A stretch of DNA of 64,000 nucleotides, from the NCBI RefSeq assembly GCF_009914755.1, contig NC_060927.1; one strand, 5' to 3'. A program made the translations under genes and the position numbers. Source of the DNA: the human T2T-CHM13v2.0 reference genome, Homo sapiens. This document shows, piece by piece, positions 1 through 21,190 of the stretch; within the stretch, counting starts at the first letter, position 1, and the number at the start of each line of letters is the position of its first letter. The notes under the pieces were generated by a model. It saw only the letters and a program-made list of their open reading frames with translations, had not been told where the DNA came from and made no database searches.

Positions 1-846
<846 letters not shown>

Positions 847-985
847 TTCCCTTTTCTATTTTTTACATGTAATAATTATATATATATATGTGTATGTATT
901 TTTTAAGTGCTATTTTTGTTGCATTAAGAGTATGGCTCCCCAGGGACCACAAAGGCCTTTTAGAAGCCTCCGTATGTATTTATAG

Positions 986-1168
986 GTTATCAACAACAAC
1001 AACAACAAAAAACCCTCTGCTGAAACATACGCAATAGTGATTTAAGAAGAAAAGGAATTTTTCACATTGGATGAGAAAGAACTTCCCAAGTTAGTTGCCT
1101 TTACAAATTCAAACATGACGGGCTATCGGCTTGGAGTGTTTTTTAAGAGTGACGATGGGAGGCTTATG
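986..1168 (+). pseudogene. Fossil exon A (183 nt, phase 0-0)
   Basis: tatag acceptor at 981-985 and ATG|GTAAGC donor at 1169. Reads VINNNNNKKPSAETYAIVI*EEKEFFTLDEKELPKLVAFTNSNMTGYRLGVFFKSDDGRLM with one stop (1043-1045). Confidence 0.55.
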
Positions 1169-1466
1169 GTAAGCCCATTGTTTGACGTGACCCAAGCATG
1201 GCCTGGTTAATTTTGACCATGCTCACAGCAGTGGTAGAAGCAACTAGCCACACAGTACCGTACTTGTTCTGAAACACCCATCTCTACTTGTGAAAAAGTA
1301 GAGGATCATTGAAGGATCTTAAGAAAAATTTCTGGACCATAGCATATCTCTGCAGCAAAAGAAAAGTAACATATTTGAATGTAAACAAAAACCTGAGACT
1401 CACCCCCACACCCCAATGCTCACCACACTCATAAGAAAGGAAGTGAGAATGGGAACCCCCAAAGGC

Positions 1467-2240
1467 CCACAGAACCTATATACAACTGTCTTTCTCTGTG
1501 AAAACAGATCAGCCCCAGAACCTCTATACGCCTCTCTATGTGAAAACAATAAATCAGCCCCAGAACCTATATACACTTGTCTTTCTCTGTGAAAACAATG
1601 AATCAGCCCCAGAACCTATATACGCCTCTCTTTCTATGTGAAAACAATAAATCAGCCCCAGAACCTATACACGCCTCTCTTTCTATGTGAAAACAATAAA
1701 TCAGCCAGAGAACCTATATACGCCTCTCTTTCTATGTGAAAACAATAAATCAGCCCCAGAACCTATACACACCTCTCTTTCTATGTGAAAACAATAAATC
1801 AGCCAGAGAACCTATATACGCCTCTCTTTCGATATGAGAACAATAAATCAGCCACAGAACCTATATATGCCTCTCTTTCTATGTGAGAACAATAAATCAG
1901 TCACAGAACCTATATACACCTCTCTATGTGAAAACGATAAATCAGCCAAAGAACCTATATACGCCTCTCTTTCTCTGTGAAAACAATAAATCAGCCCCAG
2001 AACCTATATATGCCTCTCTTTCTCTGTGAAAACAATAAATCAGCCAGAGAACCTATATATGCCTCTCTTTCTCTGTGAAAACAATAAATCAGCCAGAGAA
2101 CGTATATACGCATCTCTTTCTATGTGAAAACAATAAATCAGCCCCAGAACCTATATGCGCCTCTCTTTCTATGTGAAAACAATAAATCAGCCCCAGAACC
2201 TATATACGCCTCTCTTTCTATGTAAATACGATAGATCAGG
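1467..2240 (+). repeat. 49-bp minisatellite, ~16 copies
   Basis: Unit CCCCAGAACCTATATACGCCTCTCTTTCTATGTGAAAACAATAAATCAG; AGAAC recurs at 1562, 1611, 1660, 1709 ... 2195, with three units of 45-46 bp. Confidence 0.97.
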
Positions 2241-2337
2241 ATGCCAGAAAATATGTGATTGTCCCCTTCACATTACCTTCCTAATTAATGATTCAAAACT
2301 TTAGCAATCCATAATTTTATTTTTTTTCCTTATACAG

Positions 2338-2407
2338 GGCCTACCCTGCTTCTAGATAATCCCACAACAGATACTAAATAAAACCTTACACAATTGAATT
2401 GAAGGAA
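2338..2407 (+). pseudogene. Fossil exon B (70 nt)
   Basis: Strong acceptor ttttattttttttccttatacag and GAA|GTAAGC donor. Reads GLPCF*IIPQQILNKTLHN then ELKE after one extra base. Confidence 0.55.
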
Positions 2408-2489
2408 GTAAGCTTTGTTTGTGTAGTACCTGAGTGAGTTTAGAGAGTACAAACATTGCCCATAACTGAGTATAATAGATATCACAAGC

Positions 2490-3340
<851 letters not shown>

Positions 3341-3931
3341 CAGCACCCAAGACAGACAAAGCGTGTGGAGCTAGTGTGGCTAAGTTGAGGCGGGAAATTA
3401 ATGCTGCAACAAAGTTACTGACTGTCTCCAACCTGTTTTGTGGTGTTACACATGGGCATAATAATAGCTCCTTCCTCATAAGGCTCTCGGAGCTATAAAC
3501 CACAGTGTGTCTAAAATACCTTGCCCAGGGTCTGGCGCATGGCAAGAGCTCAACCAATGGTGAATGGTTGGAACTATAAATAAATAATCGTGTCAGAGCC
3601 GAGTGGGAATCAAACTCAGCTCCTTAAGTCCTCCATGACCTAGACAGGATTGTTCCAGACCATGTGGCAGAAGTTAAGGGGCCTTGGTGATGAAGGCAAG
3701 AATGCCCACACTGTTTCTCCTGTTCCTCCCTCTTTCTGTCCCTGAGGCAGTAGCTGACTCCAAACTGAGTCTCCCACACATATCCAGCAGGGCTCAGCCT
3801 CAGGGAATCCATAGGATTCTGGGGGTGGACCTTTGGGAGGAGAAACCATCTCAACTAAGACACTTTCCTCTCTCGTCAGCAAAGATATTCAGAGATGGAT
3901 AGCCGACTTACATTTTTATTTTCTTCATTAA

Positions 3932-4937
<1,006 letters not shown>

Positions 4938-5215
4938 AAATTGTCTATTTTATCACAATTACATTTATGGATGTTAAGTAAGATACAAAATACAAAAATA
5001 AAAAGGAAGGGACTGAACAACAACAAAAAGAATGATTAGAAGGAGGCTGGATTCCATCAAGCGGGTCCAGGTCAGATGCTGGGGGCTCCACGGGCCCTTC
5101 TCCATGGAAGGACTGAACCCAATGCCCCTCCCTGCTGGGACGGTGGAGCTAGGAAGCTTTTCATAACAGGCCCAGTGCTTGGTGCCCATGGAGGCTAGAG
5201 CAAAAAACCTTCATG

Positions 5216-5500
5216 GGCCAGGCGTGGTGGCTCACGGCTGTAATCCCAGCACTTTAGGAGGCCGAGGCAGGCAGATCACCTGAGGTCAGGAGTTCGAGAC
5301 CAGCCTGGCTAACATGGTGAAAACCTGTCTCTACTAAAAATCCAAAAATTGGCTGGGCATGGTGGGGTGCATCTGTAATCCCAGCTACTCGGGAGGTTGA
5401 GGCAGGAGAATCACGAACCCAGGAGGCGGCCAAGATCACACCACTGCACTCCAGCCTGGGTGGCAGAGTGAGATTCCATCTCAAAAATAAAATAAAATAT
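5216..5500 (+). mobile_element. AluS
   Basis: GGCCAGGCGTGGTGGCTCAC start; aaaccttcatgg duplicated on both sides. Confidence 0.95.
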
Positions 5501-6513
5501 TTAAACCTTCATGGGATGAGCAGAGACAGCCCTGTTCACCCGTTCTTATTGAATTTTGTGTCTTAGTTTTTTATTCCAAAAGCATAATGTCCACGTCCAT
5601 TTCATTCTAAGACACTTTGAGGATTTGTTTGTGTCAGGAGCGCTTAGGGCCAGGAGGTTTGGTTCCTCTTCAAAACACTGAGGGAATGTGGACTTACTGT
5701 AGATAAGATTTGGGCGAAGCAGCTCCGACCCGAAGGACACAGGCCACGCAGTCCTAGTACCCCACAGAGCCAGCGGCCAGGCATGAGTCCCAGGGATGGG
5801 GGCAGACGCCGCATCCACCTTGTGTCCTAGGAGGGATGGGGCACACGCCGTATCCACCTTGTCGCCCTCTCACAGTCAAGGGCTAGAGAGCAGAACCCAG
5901 AAGTGGGGGCCACGCTGGGTCCCCCAGCCTGTAGGTTGGCATGGGGCTTCCTCAGGGACTAAGGGAGACCCAGAGGTGAAAGCCAAGAAATAGCCCCCCT
6001 CTCTCGTCCTCTTCCACCCTAACTGACCCCTTGGCTCCCAGCCCAGGCAGGCGCCCGGGAAGAATAAGGGCTGGACACGTGCAAGAGAAAAGGAACATCC
6101 AGGCTGCATCTCCCATGCCGACAGCTGACAGGAAGCCAGACCGAAGATCAAGAAGGGGGCACCCTAGTTTCCCCAAACCCACATGGCAAATAACTGCAGG
6201 CCTTCTGCAGGAAGTGTCATGAAAGGAAGCTGACCCGCAGAATCATCGGCTGGTATAATAACTGCCTTCCTGTGAGCCACTGCTAAAATTCTGCCACTCT
6301 TCCAGTCTTTAAGCCACACAAGCATTGCCTTCTAAGCCAAGGGAAGAATTTACTGTATCAGGAAAATGTATTGCAACATCATTCTCAGGATTAACATGTC
6401 TCTTTACCTTAGATCTTTATTTATCTTTCTGCCAGGTGACCAAAGTAGGACCTGAAGAATTATCCTCACACTCTATCACAAAAAAAAAAAAAAAAAAAAA
6501 AAAAAGGCTACTG

Positions 6514-6642
6514 AGCTGAGTGGGGTGGTGCAGCCCTGTAATCCCAGCTACTCAGGATGCCATGGCAGGAGCAATGCTTGCGTCCAGGAGTTTGAGATCA
6601 GCCTGGGCAATATAGCGAGACCACGTCTCTAAAAATAAAAAT
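6514..6642 (+). mobile_element. FLAM/Alu monomer inserted in fossil exon C
   Basis: Monomer sequence with A tail; TSD-like aaggctactg (6504-6513) / aagttactg (6643-6651). Confidence 0.85.
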
Positions 6643-7136
6643 AAGTTACTGTGGAGAATGAATGAGTGGCTAATCCCGTGTTTTGCTGAGGGTTTTTAGA
6701 TGACCCCAACTTCTCAGAACCTGGCTCCGAAGATCAGTCATCCCCACAGCCAGCCCATGACCGTCTCTGCAGTAGGGTGAGCTGGCCTTTGGGTGGCTTT
6801 TGGGGAAACTGCCTTTAGCTCTACATGCCACAAGGATTTGTAAAAGCAGCTCCCAAGCAAAACCGGAGAGCAAAACTTGAGGCTCCACGGAAGATACACG
6901 ACCAACGCCCTGTTCCAGGTAAACGTAAGGCCAGGCCAGGGTCTCCCATGTCCCCCTACCCACCAGACCTACACGGAAGATAGCGCCATGGAAGTGGCAT
7001 CCAGACATCGAAGGGGCAGGAGTCAGGGTGGCCCCATCTCTCCAGCAGGCAGGAGGGCCATGGGGGTCCTGGCTGCAAAGAGGCCAAGGCCCCTCCACTT
7101 GGAGAGGCCTTCAGTGCGCATTTCAGCAGCCTCGTC

Positions 7137-7270
7137 CAGTGCTCCTCCAGCTTCAGTATGTGCCTGAGTCCCCTTGGAATCGTGTTAAAATACGGACTCT
7201 GCCTCAGTGGTTTTGGGGTGGGGCCTCAGGTGCAGCCTCCGTGTCCCAGTCAACAGTTAGGGCCACCATA
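7137..7270. mobile_element. MER5-type hAT-Charlie DNA transposon
   Basis: cagtgctcctcc terminus and typical body ending in ggggtggggcc. Confidence 0.65.
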
Positions 7271-7376
7271 CTTAGCGGCAAGTCATCTACTCATAGGTAA
7301 GTGGTCAGTAACTAAGGAGGACCAGTCAGGCCGGATGCAGCTGGAATATTTCTCCCCATCAAGATTCATGGAACAA

Positions 7377-7593
7377 ATAATGATAGCGAACACCAAGAAA
7401 GCACAACCACCGCTCTACACCCTTTACATGAACTCATTTAATCTTCAAATCCGCCCCAAGAACAGGTGACTAATATTATCCTATTTACAGATGAGAAAAC
7501 CAAGCACAGAGAGGTCAGGAGACTCACCTAGGCTGGTGAGTAGCAAGCTGGGATTTGAACCCAGGCCACCTGGCTCTGGAGTTGTGGGTCTTG
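7377..7593 (-). mobile_element. MIR SINE
   Basis: MIR core tttacagatgagaaaaccaagcacagagagg and ctgggatttgaacccagg. Confidence 0.85.
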
Positions 7594-8277
7594 ACAGATC
7601 CCGGTACTTCTGTACACTGGGGCTGTAGAATGTGAGCAGTTGCGCAAGACTCAGGATGGAGTGTGTTGTCTCGGCCGGGCTGAGACAAACATGTCTGTGA
7701 TCTATTATCAGAATCTTTTCAAACTATGATGAGCTCTCCAAAGTTTGTTTCAAAATACTGTAAGCCTTCCCCCTCACCAGGCTTGGCCCAGAAAATATCT
7801 TTTATCGTCAAACGACTTCAAAACTTGTTTGTATTTTAATAGAAGCTTAGTTTCTTAGGAATTCTGAAACAGTGTTTAAAATAATCAGTATGGGCTTCAG
7901 GAATTTTATCTTGAACTTCCTCACTCTGGGGCACAGGTTGTATTCACGTGCTTCAAACGTTGTTGATCTGTCTTGTCTGAGTTTGTGGGGAAACGGGGCC
8001 GTGTTAACCTCTCGTTTGTTGTTTGATCCATGGCCGTGTGTGGTCACGGGAGGAACTCGTGGTGGTGGGGCTGATCGCTGGTTCAAGGATCAGAATAAGA
8101 AGGTTCCAGTGCTGCTCTGTCTCCAGTTTGCTGTGTGGCCTGATCGGCTTATAGCCCTTCTCGGGGCCTCAGTTTCCCCATCTGTACCATGAAAGGTCTG
8201 GCTAGATGCTCCGAAGTGCTGGACGTGGTGCGTTCTTGTTGAGGGGGTCTTGATCTTTGTCAGGGTTTCCCCAACAG

Positions 8278-8361
8278 CTGCCAATTTTCTGCATGATTTT
8301 CATGCCGAAGGGTGACTGGTTCTAGCAAAGCAAGGAGCGCCCAGTGAAGGCCCAAATGCAG
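8278..8361 (+). pseudogene. Fossil exon D (84 nt, phase 1-1)
   Basis: tttccccaacag acceptor and CAG|GTGAGA donor. Reads ANFLHDFHAEG*LVLAKQGAPSEGPNA; the TGA could be a decayed CGA. Confidence 0.5.
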
Positions 8362-8775
8362 GTGAGAACTTCGTGGATGAACGAGTGTTGACAGAGATCT
8401 GGGCTTCCTCTCGGTGGTTCTGGGTCCCTTCAACTTGTTCCCAGCACTCATCTTTCCTCATGTGGCCCAAGCACCTTGATATTTTATAACCTGCTTGACT
8501 TCTTCCAGTTCCTACTTCTAGCCCCTTGCTAGACTCCCTCACCATCTCCCTGCTGCCCACCACCCCTCCGAGTCCACACTTCTTACCAGGCTCCCAAGCC
8601 CCACGTGTTCTGCGGACATCCCCAGACGCCTCCTCGCCCCCCAGCCTGAGCGGCCTCTCTAACCGCATTTTCCTTCTTCCCCCTGGGCTTCCCTGCGAGC
8701 CGGCCCACTGCCTGGGGTGCCCGTCCTCCCTTGCTTGACCAGTAAACGCTGACTCATCCCTCAAGACCCTCCTTG

Positions 8776-9695
<920 letters not shown>

Positions 9696-9809
9696 CTTGG
9701 AGAAGGGTTTTCCAAGGAGCCTTTTATGGTCTGTCCTGGTAAAGCAAGTTATCCATCATTTGTGCTTCCACTGGATCTCATGCTGATCACCGTGATTTCA
9801 GATCCACCA

Positions 9810-10625
<816 letters not shown>

Positions 10626-10634
10626 GATCATTCG

Positions 10635-12435
<1,801 letters not shown>

Positions 12436-12579
12436 ACTAGATGCTCCAATTTTCACTTCTTGACCTGACCAGGCACCTTTAAATGTCCACACTCAAGACC
12501 TGACTCTCTCAAGTGCCTGAAGTCAAAGACATCTTTTGTCCTTAAAAAACAAAATTCCTCCCATAGTCTGCAGTTGTGA

Positions 12580-12706
12580 AAGGTCCTGGCGGTCTGGACA
12601 TGTACTCGCTGTTGATAGTCCTGTTGTATGTGTAGCTTTTGCTGGAAGGTCCTGGCGGTCTGGACACGTACTCGCTGTTGACAGTCCTGTTGTATGTGTA
12701 GCTTTT
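12580..12706. repeat. 66-bp tandem duplication
   Basis: aaggtcctggcggtctggac at 12580 and 12646. Confidence 0.95.
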
Positions 12707-12956
12707 GTTGTGAGCTGCCTCAAATGCTTTTTTGGAAGTAGGTGTGGTATAAATAATAAATAAATGAGTGAATATCTGGAAGTGTGGCTGTTTTTATTTA
12801 ATCATGGGAGAATGTGGTTACCTCTGCGATAAGTCCCTCTGGCTAAGAGTAAACAGGATGGCCCGGCCCCTGTCTAGAATCTAAAAGCTGCAGGCTGATA
12901 CAGAGGACGGGCGTGGTAGGAGCTGGTTTGAGACTCGACCTTCCTTTTTGGTGCAG

Positions 12957-12975
12957 CTTGCTGGTTGTGTAGTAG
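12957..12975 (+). pseudogene. Fossil microexon E (19 nt, phase 1-2)
   Basis: ccttcctttttggtgcag acceptor and TAG|GTGAGT donor. Encodes (A)CWLCS and supplies exactly the phase shift needed between exons D and F. Confidence 0.45.
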
Positions 12976-13286
12976 GTGAGTTTCAGAGAGGAAAAGGTCT
13001 GAAGCCTCATCACTGCCATCAGAGCAACTGTCTGTGTGATGAAAGGATCCCTCTGCCTGGGCCTTATTTTCCCCAAGCGAATAACAAGGAATTTGGGTTA
13101 GATTGCCTCAAAAGGCCCTTTGAACTTGGCTGATGTGTGTGTTTTGAGGGAGAGGATCTGTGAGGTGCTTCCCAGAGTGAGGGTGGGGCTGACCGTGCAG
13201 GGCAGGGGGGACAGGAAATAGCACCCTGACCGCTTTCCTTCTCAACCACCTGAGGCCGTGGCCGTCTCACAGGAGCTGGGAAGGAG

Positions 13287-13323
13287 CTGATAAGAGGGCT
13301 TACTGGCCCCCTGCCATAAAAGG
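13287..13323 (+). promoter_or_regulatory. GATA site plus perfect CArG box (candidate muscle/cardiac enhancer module)
   Basis: CTGATAAG 13287-13294 and CCATAAAAGG 13314-13323 (CC[A/T]6GG) in non-repeat DNA. Motif evidence only. Confidence 0.4.
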
Positions 13324-13654
13324 ATGCAGTTCCCACTCTTGAAGCTGTTCTGTCCCGGGCAGGAGGCTCAGCAACAGAGAGCCCCTGACACCCCTGCTCT
13401 GTGCTTTTGGCTTGGGGGACTGTCCCCTCTGTGCTCCAAGTGGATTCAGTGGCCAGCCTCTTCCCCACCCAGCCTCAACCAGCACAGAGCAGCCAGGACA
13501 GGGCAGGCAGAGGGAGGAAAAGTTTGCAAAAGTGGGGTGCTTGGGGCACAGACAACCCTCAGGTGCCTGGGGGATCTGAGGGGGCTCCTAAGTGATGAGA
13601 AAGCAGCAGGGGAGGCCCCCCCCCCAGTGCCCTGGTCGAGGAGAAGAGGGGCTC

Positions 13655-14500
13655 ACATTTGCTGTGCTGCCCAGGCTGTAGTGCAGTGGTATGACCACGG
13701 CTCACTGCAGCCTCCATCTCCCAGACTCAAGTGATCCTCCAGCCACAACCTCCTGAGTAGCTGGGACTACAGGCATGTGCCAAGATGCCTGGTTAATTTT
13801 TTATTTTAAGTGGAGATGGGGTCTTGCTCTCTTGCCCAGGCTGGTCTCAAACTCCTGGGCTCAAGCGATTCCCCAACCTCAGCTTCCCAAAGTGCTGGGA
13901 TTGCCGGCATGAGCACCACATCCACCGCATCGCTGGCTTTGAAGATGAAGAAGGGAGCGACAAGCCAAGGAATACAGGTGATTGACTGCCTGTCATTAGC
14001 GCGGTGGCTCACGCCTGCCATTGCCTGTTGTCCCCGTCCTCTGTGGCCCTCTTGGCTTCTGTATCACTGTCACGCGTAGCAGGGCCAGGCTTGCTGAACT
14101 GAACCGAAGCAAGAAGACAAGGGAAGGGCTGTGGGAAGCGTCCATCATGAGGCTCCGTGTCCTCCTCCCAGGCCTCGCCTGGCCTCGCCTCAATTCACCT
14201 CGGGCAGCAGCTCAACATGTGGGATTTCAAGACTAAGCCTGAAGATCAGCCAGAAGCAAGCTCCTCACCCCTGACCTGGCCGTTCCCTTCCCCGAGGCTT
14301 TGTGGCCACAGTCCTAGAAGACGGAGACATGCTTTGGACTAGCCTCCAGGAGTCAGGGCCCTTCAACACCATTTTTTTTTTTTTTGAGAGAGGATCTCAC
14401 TATATTGCCCAGGCTGGCCTTGAACTCCTGCGCTCAAGAGATCCTCCCACACAGCCTCTCGAATAGTTGGGGCAACAGGTGCCCACGACCACACCAGCTC
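13655..14500 (-). mobile_element. AluJ (~13655-13920) and FLAM (~14372-14500)
   Basis: Alu consensus. Confidence 0.85.
14083..14236 (+). pseudogene. Fossil terminal coding exon F
   Basis: NAGNAG acceptor TAGCAG (14077-14082) after a pyrimidine-rich tract. Open frame RARLAELNRSKKTREGLWEASIMRLRVLLPGLAWPRLNSPRAAAQHVGFQD to TAA at 14234-14236. Confidence 0.45.
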
Positions 14501-14743
14501 CGTCGCTCTTCTTGAATGTACCTGGAATCCTGGTCTGAACTGAGCGGTTGGCTGAACTTTCCTCTCTTTTTGCCTCTCTCCAGGCTGAGAGATGAGCCCT
14601 GCTAAGGAGCAGATTGCTCAGTTATAGAATATTTACAGTCTTGTATTGTAGAGAACAGTTCACAAAGCCCCTTCTGCTTATTTCATTTAGTTGCTGCCAG
14701 TCAGCAAGATGGATGCCATAATCATCATCTCCATGTCACAGCT

Positions 14744-16068
<1,325 letters not shown>

Positions 16069-16599
16069 GAGTGGCTTCCAAACCTGTCGCTAAGCTCGTA
16101 AGTGGCAGAGGTGGAAGCTGAAGATCCTCTGGCTGCTGAACTCTTTCCACCACATCCCTGCTGCTTTGGGCCATCATTTACGTCAACCCAGCTGAGCCCA
16201 GGAAGAAGACCGTCTCGAGAGAGTATTTCTGCAGGCCCTCGGTCACCCGGACTGGCTCCTCACCCCCTGCGACTGTCCCAGAAGTTCTCTGGAAGTCAAA
16301 ACTAATTGATACAAGATGGGGCTGAGGCAAGTCGAGGGCCTCTGCCTGTTTCTGTTGTAGAAGCCTCCAGGAAGGCCTCACATCGCCGGTAGATGTCCTG
16401 GGTACCGCGGAGTGCACTTCCTTTCCCGTCCAGATCGGGCAGGGTGAAAGAATGAGCTGGAGATTCCGAAATAAACCAGCATCCCTGACTGCGGCAGACA
16501 CGGCCCCTCCAACGTCTGCCTCTGGTCCGCAGTAAAAGTATATTTATTCCTTCCCATCAGGAACTTCCCCCTATAAGCAGATTGGATGCTACATACCTT

Positions 16600-17430
<831 letters not shown>

Positions 17431-18090
17431 AACGACTTGTCAAAAGTTCTTGAGTTTCCACGGAATGCTCACGCAGGGGGCAGGTGGAGCATCCTGGTCC
17501 TGCGGATTCTGCTGATAAACCGGAGGCAAGACGGATGGCTGGCTGGGCCAGGTGGAGGCTTTCTGGAATGTAGCCTTGGGAGAATTGTGGATGCTGAGGC
17601 AGGTGGGCCCTGGCCTCGGGTCAGCTCATAGATGAGGGAGCGGTTGCTGGGCCGTGCAGATTGGCTTGATATCGTAAACCAACTGGATGAGGACAGAGAT
17701 TGATGCTCTCCAGGGTCTCACAAGCTGAGCCACAGAAACACCCCGGCATCCAAGCCAGGAGATGGGAACGACCGGCTCCCACATCAGAGAATCAGCAACA
17801 AGTCAAGCTTTGTGAGGGGGAATCCAGGTGAAACCGTGTAGGTTTCACCATAAGTTACCAGCTACGAAGCCAAGCAAAATCATGATTGTCCCGGTGGAGC
17901 TTTAAGTGAGGGAGACCCTGAGGGGTTTGTGTCGATTACTTTGGACATTAACAGGCCCTGCTGGATGGAAGTGGCACAGGGCCAGCTATGTCCAGTGTAA
18001 GATGTGGTGGAGGCGTTGCCATTCCCTTTGTCCCAGGTGCTGTCTTGATTATGTTGATCCACAAAAACCATGATTACAGGGGCTTTCAGA

Positions 18091-20011
<1,921 letters not shown>

Positions 20012-20605
20012 TAAACCATGAGCCACTGACTGTCTGTTCCCGGCAAAGTCCAGACGCTGAAGCTGTGAAAAGTCGGCTGGAATGAGCTCGGAGGCCCCTC
20101 CAGCATGGATCCTCTCGTTCCGGGTTCCCTGTGGGGTCAGGGCTACGGCCAAGATCTCTCACTCCAGATCCTCTGACTGTGTCCCAGTGCCCTGGTCACT
20201 GCTCTTCTGGGTTTGAAGGGTCTTGAGTGTTTTCATGGCCTCTTGTCAATAGAAGTATATTTTCTGCCCTTTCCCAGACTGTCCCAGGAGAGACTTCTCT
20301 GCCCTCTTCTCCTTCTGAAACAGTCCTGTGCGTCCCTACTCTGCTCAGCTTCATCCCAATAACTCAGGAAGCAGGAAACACTCAGGAAGGGCTTACTCAG
20401 CACTAAGCCCTGGGAAATAGAGGCGAGCAAGACAAGGTCCCCATCCTTATGGAACTTACTCGTAACGAAGAGAATTTCAAACGGTGAAAAATGTATGCGA
20501 AGCACCGGGGAGATAGGACAGTGAGTGGCTGTGCAGAGATACTCTAAATACATGGCCCAGCTCATCCTCTCTGAGCAGGTGACATTGGAATCAAGAATTT
20601 CATTT

Positions 20606-21190
<585 letters not shown>

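Larger units (their letters stand above)
6436..7759 (+). pseudogene. Fossil exon C (large, interrupted by FLAM, MER5 and MIR)
   Basis: Acceptor tttatttatctttctgccag and ACT|GTAAGC donor at 7760. VTKVGPEELSSHSITK/[FLAM]/LLWRMNEWLIPCFAEGF/DDPNFSEPG...HLLIGKWSVTKEDQSGRMQLEYFSPSRFMEQ/[MIR]/IPVLLYTGAVECEQLRKTQDGVCCLGRAETNMSVIYYQNLF/NYDELSK/FVSKY. The middle part cannot be framed uniquely. Confidence 0.5.

Noticed and set aside
1467-2240. CRISPR-like regular array (also 30678-31172)
   Set aside because: Units are head-to-tail with no unique spacers, no cas genes, and the context is primate DNA.
3684-3902. 72-aa ORF with a signal-peptide-like start
   Set aside because: Hydrophobic run comes from a CT-rich tract; no promoter, splice or family support.
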